This document shows, in pieces, positions 18,482 to 26,590 of a stretch of DNA of 57,740 nt; positions within the stretch are counted from its first letter, which is position 1, and each line of letters starts with the position of its first letter. Where the stretch lies: the NCBI GenBank assembly GCA_964359945.1, contig CAYHUM010000002.1, forward strand, positions 1 to 57,740. Direction: 5' to 3'. Under the pieces are notes generated by a model. It was given only the letters and a program-made list of their open reading frames with translations. It did not search any database and had not been told where the DNA came from. The position numbers and the translations under genes are program-made. This DNA is from Candidatus Woesearchaeota archaeon (GTDB lineage Archaea; Nanobdellota; Nanobdellia; SCGC-AAA011-G17; CAYHUM01).

Positions 18482-19042
18482 ATGCGAGTATTTATTGTAC
18501 ATAGGTGGGATGGTACACCAATTTCTGATTGGTATCCTTGGTTAAAAAAGGAACTAGAAAAGAAAGGCTTTGTTGTTGAAGTTCCAAAAATGCCAAATAC
18601 TTCTGAACCTAAAATAGATAAGTGGGTATCTCATTTAAAGAAAATAGTTGGTAAACTGGATAATAAAACCTATTTTATTGCACATAGCATTGGATGTCAA
18701 ACAGTTATGAGATTTTTAGAAAAAGAAAATTATAATGGCAAAATTGGAAAAGTAATATTTATTGCAGGTTGGTTTAAATTAGATAATCTGGAAGATCAAG
18801 AAGTAAAAGAAATAGCAGACCCTTGGATAAATAATCCAATAAATTTTGATAAAGTGAAACAAAAAATGAGCAAAGTTACTGTATTTTTATCAAGAAATGA
18901 TCCTTATGGATTCATAAAATATAATGCAAAGATCTTTAGAGAAAAGTTGGATGCAGAAGTGATATTGAGGGATAATAAAGGTCATTTTACAGAAGATGAC
19001 GGTATTAAAAAATTGCCTGAAGTTTTAAATATTATCTATTAA
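18482..19042 (+). CDS. alpha/beta serine hydrolase, YdeN/RBBP9-like
   Basis: VFIVHRWDGTP...WYPWL N-terminus, nucleophile elbow AHSIGC, and C-terminal D...GHF. Confidence 0.7.
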   Translation: MRVFIVHRWDGTPISDWYPWLKKELEKKGFVVEVPKMPNTSEPKIDKWVSHLKKIVGKLDNKTYFIAHSIGCQTVMRFLEKENYNGKIGKVIFIAGWFKLDNLEDQEVKEIADPWINNPINFDKVKQKMSKVTVFLSRNDPYGFIKYNAKIFREKLDAEVILRDNKGHFTEDDGIKKLPEVLNIIY

Positions 19043-19087
19043 AATTGTTTAATCTTTGCTAAAAAGTTTTAAGCGACTTTATCTCAA

Positions 19088-19216
19088 TTAACAAGTGCAT
19101 TTAGCTTCTGCATGTTTGCAATGAGCACACATCGACATACAATGTTTACCACCACAAGAGTGTTTAGGGTCATGTTTTTTAGATGTATCCCCACAAACCT
19201 CACATTTATATCCCAT
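19088..19216 (-). CDS. 42-aa Cys/His-rich micro-protein (not in the ORF track)
   Basis: My own translation is MGYKCEVCGDTSKKHDPKHSCGGKHCMSMCAHCKHAEAKCTC, with 8 Cys and 5 His. It starts 25 nt downstream of the stop of the 19242-19868 gene on the same strand. Confidence 0.4.
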   Translation of the reverse strand: MGYKCEVCGDTSKKHDPKHSCGGKHCMSMCAHCKHAEAKCTC

Positions 19217-19241
19217 AGTTGGTCCATGACAAGCTTACATT

Positions 19242-19868
19242 TCATTTTTTACCCTCCTTTTTACTTATTTTAGACTTAATTTTCTTAACTTCTACCTTTT
19301 TCTCATTTAAATATGGGTTTTTATCTGTAGATATCACATAAGTTTGCTTTCCAATACGTTTTTTCTTTAAATATCCTAATTCTTCTAATATTGTTGTAAA
19401 CTCAGACATAGTTGATCTTACTGACTCATATTTCTTAGAAGGATAGATTTCCTGAGCTAGTTGTTTAAGTGATATCCAAGAATCAGGATTTTCTGAATTT
19501 AATGCAGCTAATATATAGCAAATATTCTTTTGTGATTGTGAAAGACTATCCCATGGACTAATATCAAGTTGAGGTTTTTCTAAAATTTGTTCCTGTTTTA
19601 TATTTTGTTTGCTTAAAATATTATATATTTTTAATTGTTCTATGAATTTTTCAATTGATTGTAATCTTTTATGTAAATTTTCTTTATCATCATCATGTTC
19701 GTGGTGTTTTTCATTAAAATGATGTATCCATGAACTTATTTTGTCCATTTCTTCGCGAAGCTTAGAAAATGATGCCTCAATATTATGCTTCATTATACGC
19801 ACTTCAGAGGCCGTAGAATCACTTTTCTTCCTAAATAGGTCAAAAATCATGTCTTTTGCTATAACCAT
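19242..19868 (-). CDS. coiled-coil plus C-terminal winged-helix DNA-binding protein with a His-rich patch
   Basis: N-terminal coiled coil containing WIHHFNEKHHEHDDDKENLH. The C-terminal region is wHTH-like (ISLKQLAQEI...STMSEFTTILEELGYLKKKRIGKQTYV). Confidence 0.5.
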   Translation of the reverse strand: MVIAKDMIFDLFRKKSDSTASEVRIMKHNIEASFSKLREEMDKISSWIHHFNEKHHEHDDDKENLHKRLQSIEKFIEQLKIYNILSKQNIKQEQILEKPQLDISPWDSLSQSQKNICYILAALNSENPDSWISLKQLAQEIYPSKKYESVRSTMSEFTTILEELGYLKKKRIGKQTYVISTDKNPYLNEKKVEVKKIKSKISKKEGKK

Positions 19869-19896
19869 ACCTTTCTTTATAAATTTTTCGCTTATT

Positions 19897-19949
19897 GTTC
19901 GATAATGTTCGGAGACGTCTATAGATTGTTCTACGAACGTTCGTAGAAC
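19897..19949. promoter_or_regulatory. operator-like cluster: two direct GTTCG half-sites, an AGACGTCT palindrome and a 22-bp perfect palindrome
   Basis: GTTCG is at 19897 and 19907 (10-bp spacing), and AGACGTCT is at 19913-19920. GTTCTACGAACGTTCGTAGAAC is at 19928-19949 and equals its own reverse complement. The cluster lies 30-80 bp upstream of the 19868 start. Confidence 0.5.
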
Positions 19950-20086
19950 GGTAGTTTAATTATTTTATTACAAACATAATTTATAAGTAGTTTATTTCTA
20001 ATTTGTTTAGTTTGTGAGGCTTTTCATAATGTAGATATATCATTTTTGATTAATTTTACATTTTTAGGCGTAAAAAGTGAGGCTTT

Positions 20087-20689
20087 TTATGGTTTTCTTA
20101 ATTGATCTAATTGGTAGTACATATTAATCAGTTTTTGTTTTAATGAGAGGTCACGGAAATCTTTATTTACCGATAAAACGACGTAATAATTATCAATTTT
20201 TTGTTTTATTAGGGGTAATCCTTTACTAATAATAATACTAACAGCAGCTCTAATATATCCCTTAGATAGATTTAATTGCTTAGATAAATCAGCATAAGTA
20301 ACTCTTCCTTTATCTTCTTCTAATTGATAGATTGTAAGAAAAATTAAAAATTCTTGTATAGTAAGTTTCTTGAATAAATCTTCGATCTTATTTATACCTA
20401 TAATAGGGTCAAAAACCTTATTTATACCCGCTGCTCGATCGCTGCTCGATCGCTGCTCGAATGCTCGAACCCCTTCATTTCCACTGGAACTCTGTATTAA
20501 ATGACCTTTATAAACCTCTTTTAATGGTGAATTATTGATTAAAAAGCGCAGTCCATCTATTTCTGCCTTCATTTTATCTATTTTTTCATTATTCTCTTTT
20601 ATTTTATTTTCAAGCAAATTTATATGTTCTTTTACTTGAAAAAAGGAATTTTTAACCTTTTTTTGAAAATCTAGGTCATTTTCAGTCAT
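20087..20689 (-). CDS. coiled-coil plus C-terminal winged-helix DNA-binding protein
   Basis: N-terminal coiled coil (LLENKIKENNEKIDKMKAEIDGL). The C-terminal region is wHTH-like (VTYADLSKQLNLSKGYIRAAVSIIISKG). Same architecture as the 19242-19868 protein. Confidence 0.5.
   Translation of the reverse strand: MTENDLDFQKKVKNSFFQVKEHINLLENKIKENNEKIDKMKAEIDGLRFLINNSPLKEVYKGHLIQSSSGNEGVRAFEQRSSSDRAAGINKVFDPIIGINKIEDLFKKLTIQEFLIFLTIYQLEEDKGRVTYADLSKQLNLSKGYIRAAVSIIISKGLPLIKQKIDNYYVVLSVNKDFRDLSLKQKLINMYYQLDQLRKP
20427..20470. repeat. GC-rich iteron array inside the 20087-20689 CDS (four GCTCGA hexamers)
   Basis: The sequence is cccGCTGCTCGATCGCTGCTCGATCGCTGCTCGAATGCTCGAAC. Hexamers start at 20433, 20444, 20455 and 20463, giving spacings of 11, 11 and 8 bp. 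Confidence 0.7.
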
Positions 20690-20702
20690 TTTTTATATCC
20701 AA

Positions 20703-20723
20703 CCCGCTCGATGATCGCTCGAA
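20703..20723. repeat. two further GCTCGA hexamers 11 bp apart in the 5' leader/promoter of the same gene
   Basis: The sequence is cccGCTCGATGATCGCTCGAa, with hexamers at 20706 and 20717. It sits 14-34 bp upstream of the ATG at 20689 and ends with the same CCCGC as the internal array. Confidence 0.7.
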
Positions 20724-20815
20724 GATTGATTTTTTACAAAAACTCTCAAGTATAAAAATTTTATGGTGATAAATTATATTAATTAGTTATATTTTTTACT
20801 ATTTTCATTATAATT

Positions 20816-21088
20816 TTATTGGACTAACTCTTTATATTTTTCATAAACTTCATTAGATAGCATCCATTTTTTTCTTTGTAAATAAGGTTTTCCTAATTTA
20901 GATTTTGTTATTGGTTTTACTATTCCACTGTTTTCTAATTCTTTTAATAACTTCATAATAAATTCATGATCACGTGCTTCTAATTTACTAATATAGGTAG
21001 AGAAAATTGCTTGAGGATATTCATCATACAGTATTCTAATGATATTTTCTTTAATTTTGCTTATATTTCTCTCTGAAATCTTGCTCAT
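20816..21088 (-). CDS. small winged-helix protein
   Basis: The 90-aa sequence NIIRILYDEYPQAIFSTYISKLEARDHEFIMKLLKELENSGIV has a wHTH-like pattern. Confidence 0.5.
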   Translation of the reverse strand: MSKISERNISKIKENIIRILYDEYPQAIFSTYISKLEARDHEFIMKLLKELENSGIVKPITKSKLGKPYLQRKKWMLSNEVYEKYKELVQ

Positions 21089-21521
21089 ATAGTTATAAAT
21101 ATAATAAATGATATTTAATATTATTGGTTTTACCGCATAACTTTAAATTTAGGTATTTTTATGAAAAATATTTAATAAGTGAGGAAAAATTTTATTAATT
21201 TTATAGTAATGTCTCAATGCAATATAGAGGAAAAAAAGAATATAAAAAAATCATTATAATAGATATTAATAATATATATAAATACAATCTGTTTTTTATT
21301 TGGGGATCGAGATGAATAAAGAGGCAAGAATTTTAAAGATAATGAAAGATGATGGATGCAGCTGGGAAGAAGCTGAGAGAAGAGAGAGGGAGAGAAAAAG
21401 TTTGAGTGAGTTTTTCTAGACAAAATTTCTGTTTTTTATTTAAGTTTAAGATAATAAAACCTCTATTCATTAAATACTTAACAATAGTTAAATTTATAAA
21501 CATTTTAGTTATAATAAGAAT

Positions 21522-21896
21522 ATGCGAATGCCTCAAGAAATAGAACTTTGGTATATTATTCCATCTATAAGAAAAGAATTGTCTATTGCTTTAAGAGAAC
21601 TAAATTTAACTCAAAGGGATATTGCCAAGAGATTAGAAATAACAGAAGCTGCTATTTCACAGTATCTTAAAGATAAAAGAGCAGTAAAAGTTAATTTTAA
21701 TAATAAAATCATGAGTGAAATAAAAAATAGTGCAAAGGAAATAATTAATGGTAAAAATTCAGTTAATGAAATTTTAAAGATATGTGATTTAATAAGATCT
21801 GAAAAAGTATTATGTGAATATCATAAATTATATGATAAAGATGTTCCTAAAAATTGCGAAATATGTTTAAAATATAGTTATTCAATAGCAAAATGA
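21522..21896 (+). CDS. XRE-type HTH transcriptional regulator with a C-terminal 4-Cys cluster
   Basis: HTH is LTQRDIAKRLEITEAAISQYLKDKR. The C-terminus has C-x9-C-x13-C-x2-C (ICDLIRSEKVLCEYHKLYDKDVPKNCEIC). The stop overlaps the sufC start (ATGA). Confidence 0.65.
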   Translation: MRMPQEIELWYIIPSIRKELSIALRELNLTQRDIAKRLEITEAAISQYLKDKRAVKVNFNNKIMSEIKNSAKEIINGKNSVNEILKICDLIRSEKVLCEYHKLYDKDVPKNCEICLKYSYSIAK

Positions 21897-22627
21897 AACT
21901 GGAAATTAAAGATTTGTGGATAAGTGTAAATGGAAAGCAAATAATAAAAGGATTAAATTTAGATATAAACAAAGGGGAAATCCATGCTTTGATGGGGCCT
22001 AATGGTTCTGGCAAGAGCACTTTAGCTAATGCTTTATTAGGTCATCCTAAATATAAAATAGAAAATGGAGAAATTTTACTAGATGGAATTGATTTACTAA
22101 AATTAAAACCAGAAGAAAGAGCAAAAAAAGGTTTATTCTTAGCATTCCAATATCCTCTAGAAATATCTGGAGTGAAATTTAGTAATTTTTTATTTAGTGT
22201 TATGAAAAAATATGATCATGAGCTAAATATAGTTAAATTTAAACAAAAATTAAATGAAACTCTTAAAAAGTTAAATTTAGATGAGAATTTTCCTAACAGA
22301 GAATTAAATTATGGTTTTTCTGGGGGCGAGAAAAAAAGAGCTGAAATATTACAATTATTGATGATAAATCCTCAATTAGCTATCTTAGATGAAACTGATT
22401 CTGGGTTAGATATAGATTCTTTAAAATTAGTGGCTAAAGCAGTAAATAATTTAAGAAATCCTAATTTTAGTTGTTTGGTTATAACACATTATCAGAGAGT
22501 ATTAAATTACCTTAAACCAGATGTAGTACATATTATGGTTGATGGTAATATTGTTTTAACTGGTGATTATGAACTAGTAAATGAAATAGAAAGTAAAGGT
22601 TATGAAAATATTAAGGAGTTAGTTTAA
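21893..22627 (+). CDS. sufC: Fe-S cluster assembly ATPase SufC
   Basis: Walker A GPNGSGKST, ABC signature FSGGEKKR, Walker B LAILDETDSGLD. Confidence 0.93.
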   Translation: MKLEIKDLWISVNGKQIIKGLNLDINKGEIHALMGPNGSGKSTLANALLGHPKYKIENGEILLDGIDLLKLKPEERAKKGLFLAFQYPLEISGVKFSNFLFSVMKKYDHELNIVKFKQKLNETLKKLNLDENFPNRELNYGFSGGEKKRAEILQLLMINPQLAILDETDSGLDIDSLKLVAKAVNNLRNPNFSCLVITHYQRVLNYLKPDVVHIMVDGNIVLTGDYELVNEIESKGYENIKELV

Positions 22628-24031
22628 ATGGAAGAGATTTTACAGATTAATAAAGGATATGAAGAAAAATATGGGTTTAAGGATGATGTAGAAAGTACTA
22701 TAAAAACCCAGAAAGGATTAAATGAAGATGTAATTAAAGAAATTTCTAAATATAAAAAAGAACCTTCTTGGATGATTGAATTTAGATTAAAAGCTTATGG
22801 TATATTTAAGAGTAAACCTATGCCACAATGGGGGGCTAATCTAAATGAAATCAATTTTGATGAGATTATTTATTATGCTAGCCCTAGTGATAAAAAAAGT
22901 AATTCTTGGGAAGATGTTCCTGAATATGTAAAAAAGACTTTTGATAAACTTGGAATTCCAGAAGCTGAAAGGAAGTTTTTGGGAGGTGTAGGAGCACAAT
23001 ATGATTCTGAAGTTATTTATCATAATTTAAGAAAAGATTTAGAGGAACAAGGAGTGATTTTTACTGATATGGACACAGCTGTTCAAAAATATCCTGATTT
23101 AGTTAAGAAATATTTTGGAAAGATTATTCCTATGGGGGATAATAAATTTGCTGCTTTAAACAGTGCTGCATGGTCTGGTGGTAGTTTTATCTATGTTCCT
23201 CCTAATATAGATGTTAAGGTTCCTTTACAAGCTTATTTTAGAATTAATACAAAGAATTTTGGTCAATTTGAAAGAACTTTAATAATAGCAGACAAAGGAA
23301 GTAAAGTTCATTATATAGAAGGATGTACTGCTCCTATTTATAGTTCTGATTCATTACATGCAGCTGTAGTTGAAATTGTTGCATTAGAAGGAAGTAATGT
23401 AAGATATACTACCATACAAAATTGGTCTCCTAATGTTTATAACTTAGTTACTAAAAGAGCTTTTGCTTATAAAAATGCTACAGTTGAATGGGTTGATGGT
23501 AATTTAGGAAGTAAAATAACTATGAAATATCCGTCTGTATTTATGATGGAAGAAGGGGCTAAAGCAAATATTTTATCTGTAGCTTTTGCCGGTAAAGGAC
23601 AACATCAAGATGCAGGGGCTAAAGCAATACATTTAGCACCTAATACAACTTCAACTATAACTTCAAAAAGTATATGTAAAGATGGCGGGAGAACAAGTTA
23701 TAGGGGTTTATTACAAGTAGCTAAAGGTTCTACTAAAGTAAAAGCCAATGTTACTTGTGATGCTTTAATTTTAGATGAGATTTCTAGGTCTGATACATAT
23801 CCTACTATGAAGATACATGAACAAGATTCTAGTATTACACATGAAGCAAATGTAGGTAAGGTTGGAGAAGATCAATTATTTTATTTAATGTGTAGAGGAT
23901 TAAGTAAGGCAGAAGCAATGTCAATGATTATTTTAGGTTTTATAGAACAATTTACTAAAGAATTACCTATGGATTATGCTATTGAATTAAATAGATTGAT
24001 ACAATTAGAAATGGAGGGAAGCGTAGGTTGA
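22628..24031 (+). CDS. sufB: Fe-S cluster assembly scaffold SufB
   Basis: Typical SufB length and C-terminal beta-helix region (HLAPNTTS...SRGL...[10 protein letters not shown]). Confidence 0.93.
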   Translation: MEEILQINKGYEEKYGFKDDVESTIKTQKGLNEDVIKEISKYKKEPSWMIEFRLKAYGIFKSKPMPQWGANLNEINFDEIIYYASPSDKKSNSWEDVPEYVKKTFDKLGIPEAERKFLGGVGAQYDSEVIYHNLRKDLEEQGVIFTDMDTAVQKYPDLVKKYFGKIIPMGDNKFAALNSAAWSGGSFIYVPPNIDVKVPLQAYFRINTKNFGQFERTLIIADKGSKVHYIEGCTAPIYSSDSLHAAVVEIVALEGSNVRYTTIQNWSPNVYNLVTKRAFAYKNATVEWVDGNLGSKITMKYPSVFMMEEGAKANILSVAFAGKGQHQDAGAKAIHLAPNTTSTITSKSICKDGGRTSYRGLLQVAKGSTKVKANVTCDALILDEISRSDTYPTMKIHEQDSSITHEANVGKVGEDQLFYLMCRGLSKAEAMSMIILGFIEQFTKELPMDYAIELNRLIQLEMEGSVG

Positions 24032-24034
24032 TTT

Positions 24035-24943
24035 ATGAAAGCTATTCAAATTCTAGATCAATTAAAATTTCCAGTTGAATTAAAAGATAAAATTAAATTT
24101 AAATTAGATAATGGTTTCTTTCTTGAAGTCAAAAATAATGTTGATATTAAAACTCCTTTGCATTATTTATTTGATTTAAATAAAGATAGTAATCATAAAA
24201 ATATAATTAAGATAGGCAATAATTCTAAATTAATTTTCATTGATGAGAATATTTCAGAGGATAAAGAATTAGATTATACTTGTGAACTAGAGGTTATATT
24301 GGGAGAAAATTCTGAGTTATATTATTTAAATTTAAATAATTTTTCAGATAAAGTAAAGAGTGTTTTTTTAAGTAAATGTGTAATAGAAAAAGATTCTAAG
24401 TTAAAATGTTTTAGTGGACATTTAGGAAGTGGAATTTTAAGCAGTAAAAGAGAGATAATTTTAAATGGAGAAGGATCAGATGGTAAAAATATAGAAATCG
24501 TATTTGGAAACAAAGAACAAATTTTTAATATAAGTTCTAATTTAATACATAAAGTTCCTAATACTAAAGGGAATGTTTTAGTAAAGAATGTTCTAAAAGA
24601 TAATTCCAAAATGGATTTTAATGGATTAATTAGAATAGAAAAAGGTGCACAAAAATCAGATTCTTTACTTCAAGATCACTCTATTTTATTAAGTAAAAAT
24701 GCAAGAGCAAATGCAATCCCAAGTTTAGAAATAGAAGCCAATGATGTTAGATGTACTCATTCTGCATCATCTGGACAAGTAGATGAAGACCAAATATTTT
24801 ATTTAATGTCACGTGGTTTAGATATAAATGAAGCTGAAAAATTTATTGTAATGGGATTTTTACAACCGATTTTAGAAGATTTAAATGTAAAGGAAGTGAA
24901 GGAAAAGATAATTAAGATTATAGAAAATAAGTGGAATAATTGA
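24035..24943 (+). CDS. sufD: Fe-S cluster assembly protein SufD
   Basis: SufB/D-family C-terminus (DEDQIFYLMSRGL), shorter than SufB, and positioned after sufB. Confidence 0.85.
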   Translation: MKAIQILDQLKFPVELKDKIKFKLDNGFFLEVKNNVDIKTPLHYLFDLNKDSNHKNIIKIGNNSKLIFIDENISEDKELDYTCELEVILGENSELYYLNLNNFSDKVKSVFLSKCVIEKDSKLKCFSGHLGSGILSSKREIILNGEGSDGKNIEIVFGNKEQIFNISSNLIHKVPNTKGNVLVKNVLKDNSKMDFNGLIRIEKGAQKSDSLLQDHSILLSKNARANAIPSLEIEANDVRCTHSASSGQVDEDQIFYLMSRGLDINEAEKFIVMGFLQPILEDLNVKEVKEKIIKIIENKWNN

Positions 24944-24944
24944 T

Positions 24945-26195
24945 ATGAAAGAAAAAACAATTTCAATACAAGGATTAAATGTAGAACAAATAAGAAAAGA
25001 TTTTCCTGTTTTAAATAGAAAAATTAATGGAAAAGATTTAGTTTATTTAGACAATGGAGCTACATCTCAAAAACCTAATATTGTTATAGATGCAGTAAGT
25101 AGATTTTATAAAGAATATAATGCTAATGTTCATAGGGGGATTTATAAGTTAAGTGAAGAATCTACTCTAGAATACGAAGGTTCAAGAAATAAAATTGCGA
25201 AATTCCTTAATGCTAGATACACTGAAGAAATTATTTTTACAAGAAATGCAACTGAAGCTTTAAATTTAATTTCTAATTCTTATGGAAATAATTTAAGTAA
25301 AGACGATGAAATTTTGTTAACTGTAATGGAACATCATAGTAATATTGTTCCTTGGCAATTATTAAAAAAAAGGAAGGGGGTAAATTTAAAGTTCGTTGAT
25401 ATAGATGAAAATGGTTTTTTAAAAACAGATGATTATGATAAGTTATTAAATAAAAAAACAAAAATTGTGAGTTTAACTCAAATGTCTAATGTTTTAGGAA
25501 CAATAAATCCTATTAAGGAACTAATAAAAAAAGCTCATAAGAATAAATCTATTGTTATTGTTGATGCTTGTCAGTCTATAGTCCATATGAAAGTAGATGT
25601 TAAGGAATTAAATGCAGATTTCTTAGTATTTTCTGGACATAAGCTATTTGGTCCTAGTGGAATAGGTGTTTTATATGGTAAAAAAGAACTACTTGAAAAG
25701 ATGGATCCTTTTTTAGGAGGAGGTGATATGATTAAAGAGGTTCATTTAGATAGAGCGGAATGGAACGATTTGCCGTGGAAATTTGAAGCTGGCACTCCTA
25801 ATATTGCTGGAGCAATTGGTCTGGGATATGCTATTGACTACATAAACAAAATTGAGTATAAAAATATAGAAGATTATGAAAAAAATTTAACAAAATATGC
25901 TTTAGAAAAATTATCTAATATTAAGGGTATAGAGATTTATGGTCCTAAAAATTATATGGAAAGAGGTTCAATAATAACATTTAATATTAAGGGAGTTCAC
26001 CCTCATGATGTTGCAAGTATTTTAGATAGCGAGAGTATAGCAATAAGGAGTGGTCATCATTGTGCACAACCATTAATGGAAAGATTAAAAGTAGATGCAA
26101 CAAATAGAATTAGTTTATGTTTTTATAATACTAAAGAAGAAATTGATAAGACTATAAATGCTTTACAAAAAGTAGTAGAGGTGTTTGGAAAATGA
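24945..26195 (+). CDS. sufS: cysteine desulfurase SufS (class II)
   Basis: PLP Lys in FSGHKLFGPSGIG and catalytic Cys in RSGHHCAQP. Confidence 0.93.
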   Translation: MKEKTISIQGLNVEQIRKDFPVLNRKINGKDLVYLDNGATSQKPNIVIDAVSRFYKEYNANVHRGIYKLSEESTLEYEGSRNKIAKFLNARYTEEIIFTRNATEALNLISNSYGNNLSKDDEILLTVMEHHSNIVPWQLLKKRKGVNLKFVDIDENGFLKTDDYDKLLNKKTKIVSLTQMSNVLGTINPIKELIKKAHKNKSIVIVDACQSIVHMKVDVKELNADFLVFSGHKLFGPSGIGVLYGKKELLEKMDPFLGGGDMIKEVHLDRAEWNDLPWKFEAGTPNIAGAIGLGYAIDYINKIEYKNIEDYEKNLTKYALEKLSNIKGIEIYGPKNYMERGSIITFNIKGVHPHDVASILDSESIAIRSGHHCAQPLMERLKVDATNRISLCFYNTKEEIDKTINALQKVVEVFGK

Positions 26196-26572
26196 GTTTA
26201 GAAATGTATCAAGAGACTATATTAGACCATTATAAATATCCTAGAAATTTTGGTGTGATTGATAAAGCTAGTATAAAAAGTAAAGAATCAAACATTTCTT
26301 GTGGTGATGAAGTAGAGATGTTTTTAAACATAAATAAAAATAAAATTAATGAAGTGAAATTTAAAGGAAAAGGTTGTGCTATTAGTTTAGCAAGTACATC
26401 AATATTAACTGAATCTATAAAAGGAAAAAATATAAATGAGATTAAGAAAATGGATAGTGATGACTTATTTAAGTTAATTAATGTTCAGATAAGTCCTTCG
26501 AGAATAAGATGTGCTTTATTGGGATTTAGTGCTTTAAAGTTAGGTGTTAATAACTATTTAAACAAAAAATAA
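26192..26572 (+). CDS. sufU: SufU/IscU-like sulfur acceptor/scaffold
   Basis: Conserved SCGD, GKGCAIS and RIRCALL cysteine motifs. The start overlaps the sufS stop. Confidence 0.85.
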   Translation: MSLEMYQETILDHYKYPRNFGVIDKASIKSKESNISCGDEVEMFLNINKNKINEVKFKGKGCAISLASTSILTESIKGKNINEIKKMDSDDLFKLINVQISPSRIRCALLGFSALKLGVNNYLNKK

Positions 26573-26590
26573 ATTCTTAAATAACTTAAA

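Noticed and set aside
15441-20723. Idea that tRNA-Lys is the attachment site of the integrase island, with the GC-rich segments at 20427-20470 and 20703-20723 as a partial tRNA copy (attR).
   Set aside because: Shared sequence is limited to about 7 nt (AACCCGC). A membrane protein and the housekeeping PAC2 gene lie between the tRNA and the integrase. I found no extended direct repeat of the tRNA 3' half.
21340-21385. Possible C/D-box sRNA (GATGATGG ... CTGA).
   Set aside because: The boxes are only about 30 nt apart, with no C'/D' pair and no terminal stem. The C box is imperfect (UGAUGG).
21214-21536. Two overlapping minus-strand ORFs (21214-21423 and 21333-21536) in the intergenic region before the suf regulator.
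   Set aside because: The translations are low-complexity (SLSLKFLPLYSS, FFIFFFSS). They overlap each other and the start of the 21522 gene. They are the antisense of a purine-rich tract and have no start-codon context.
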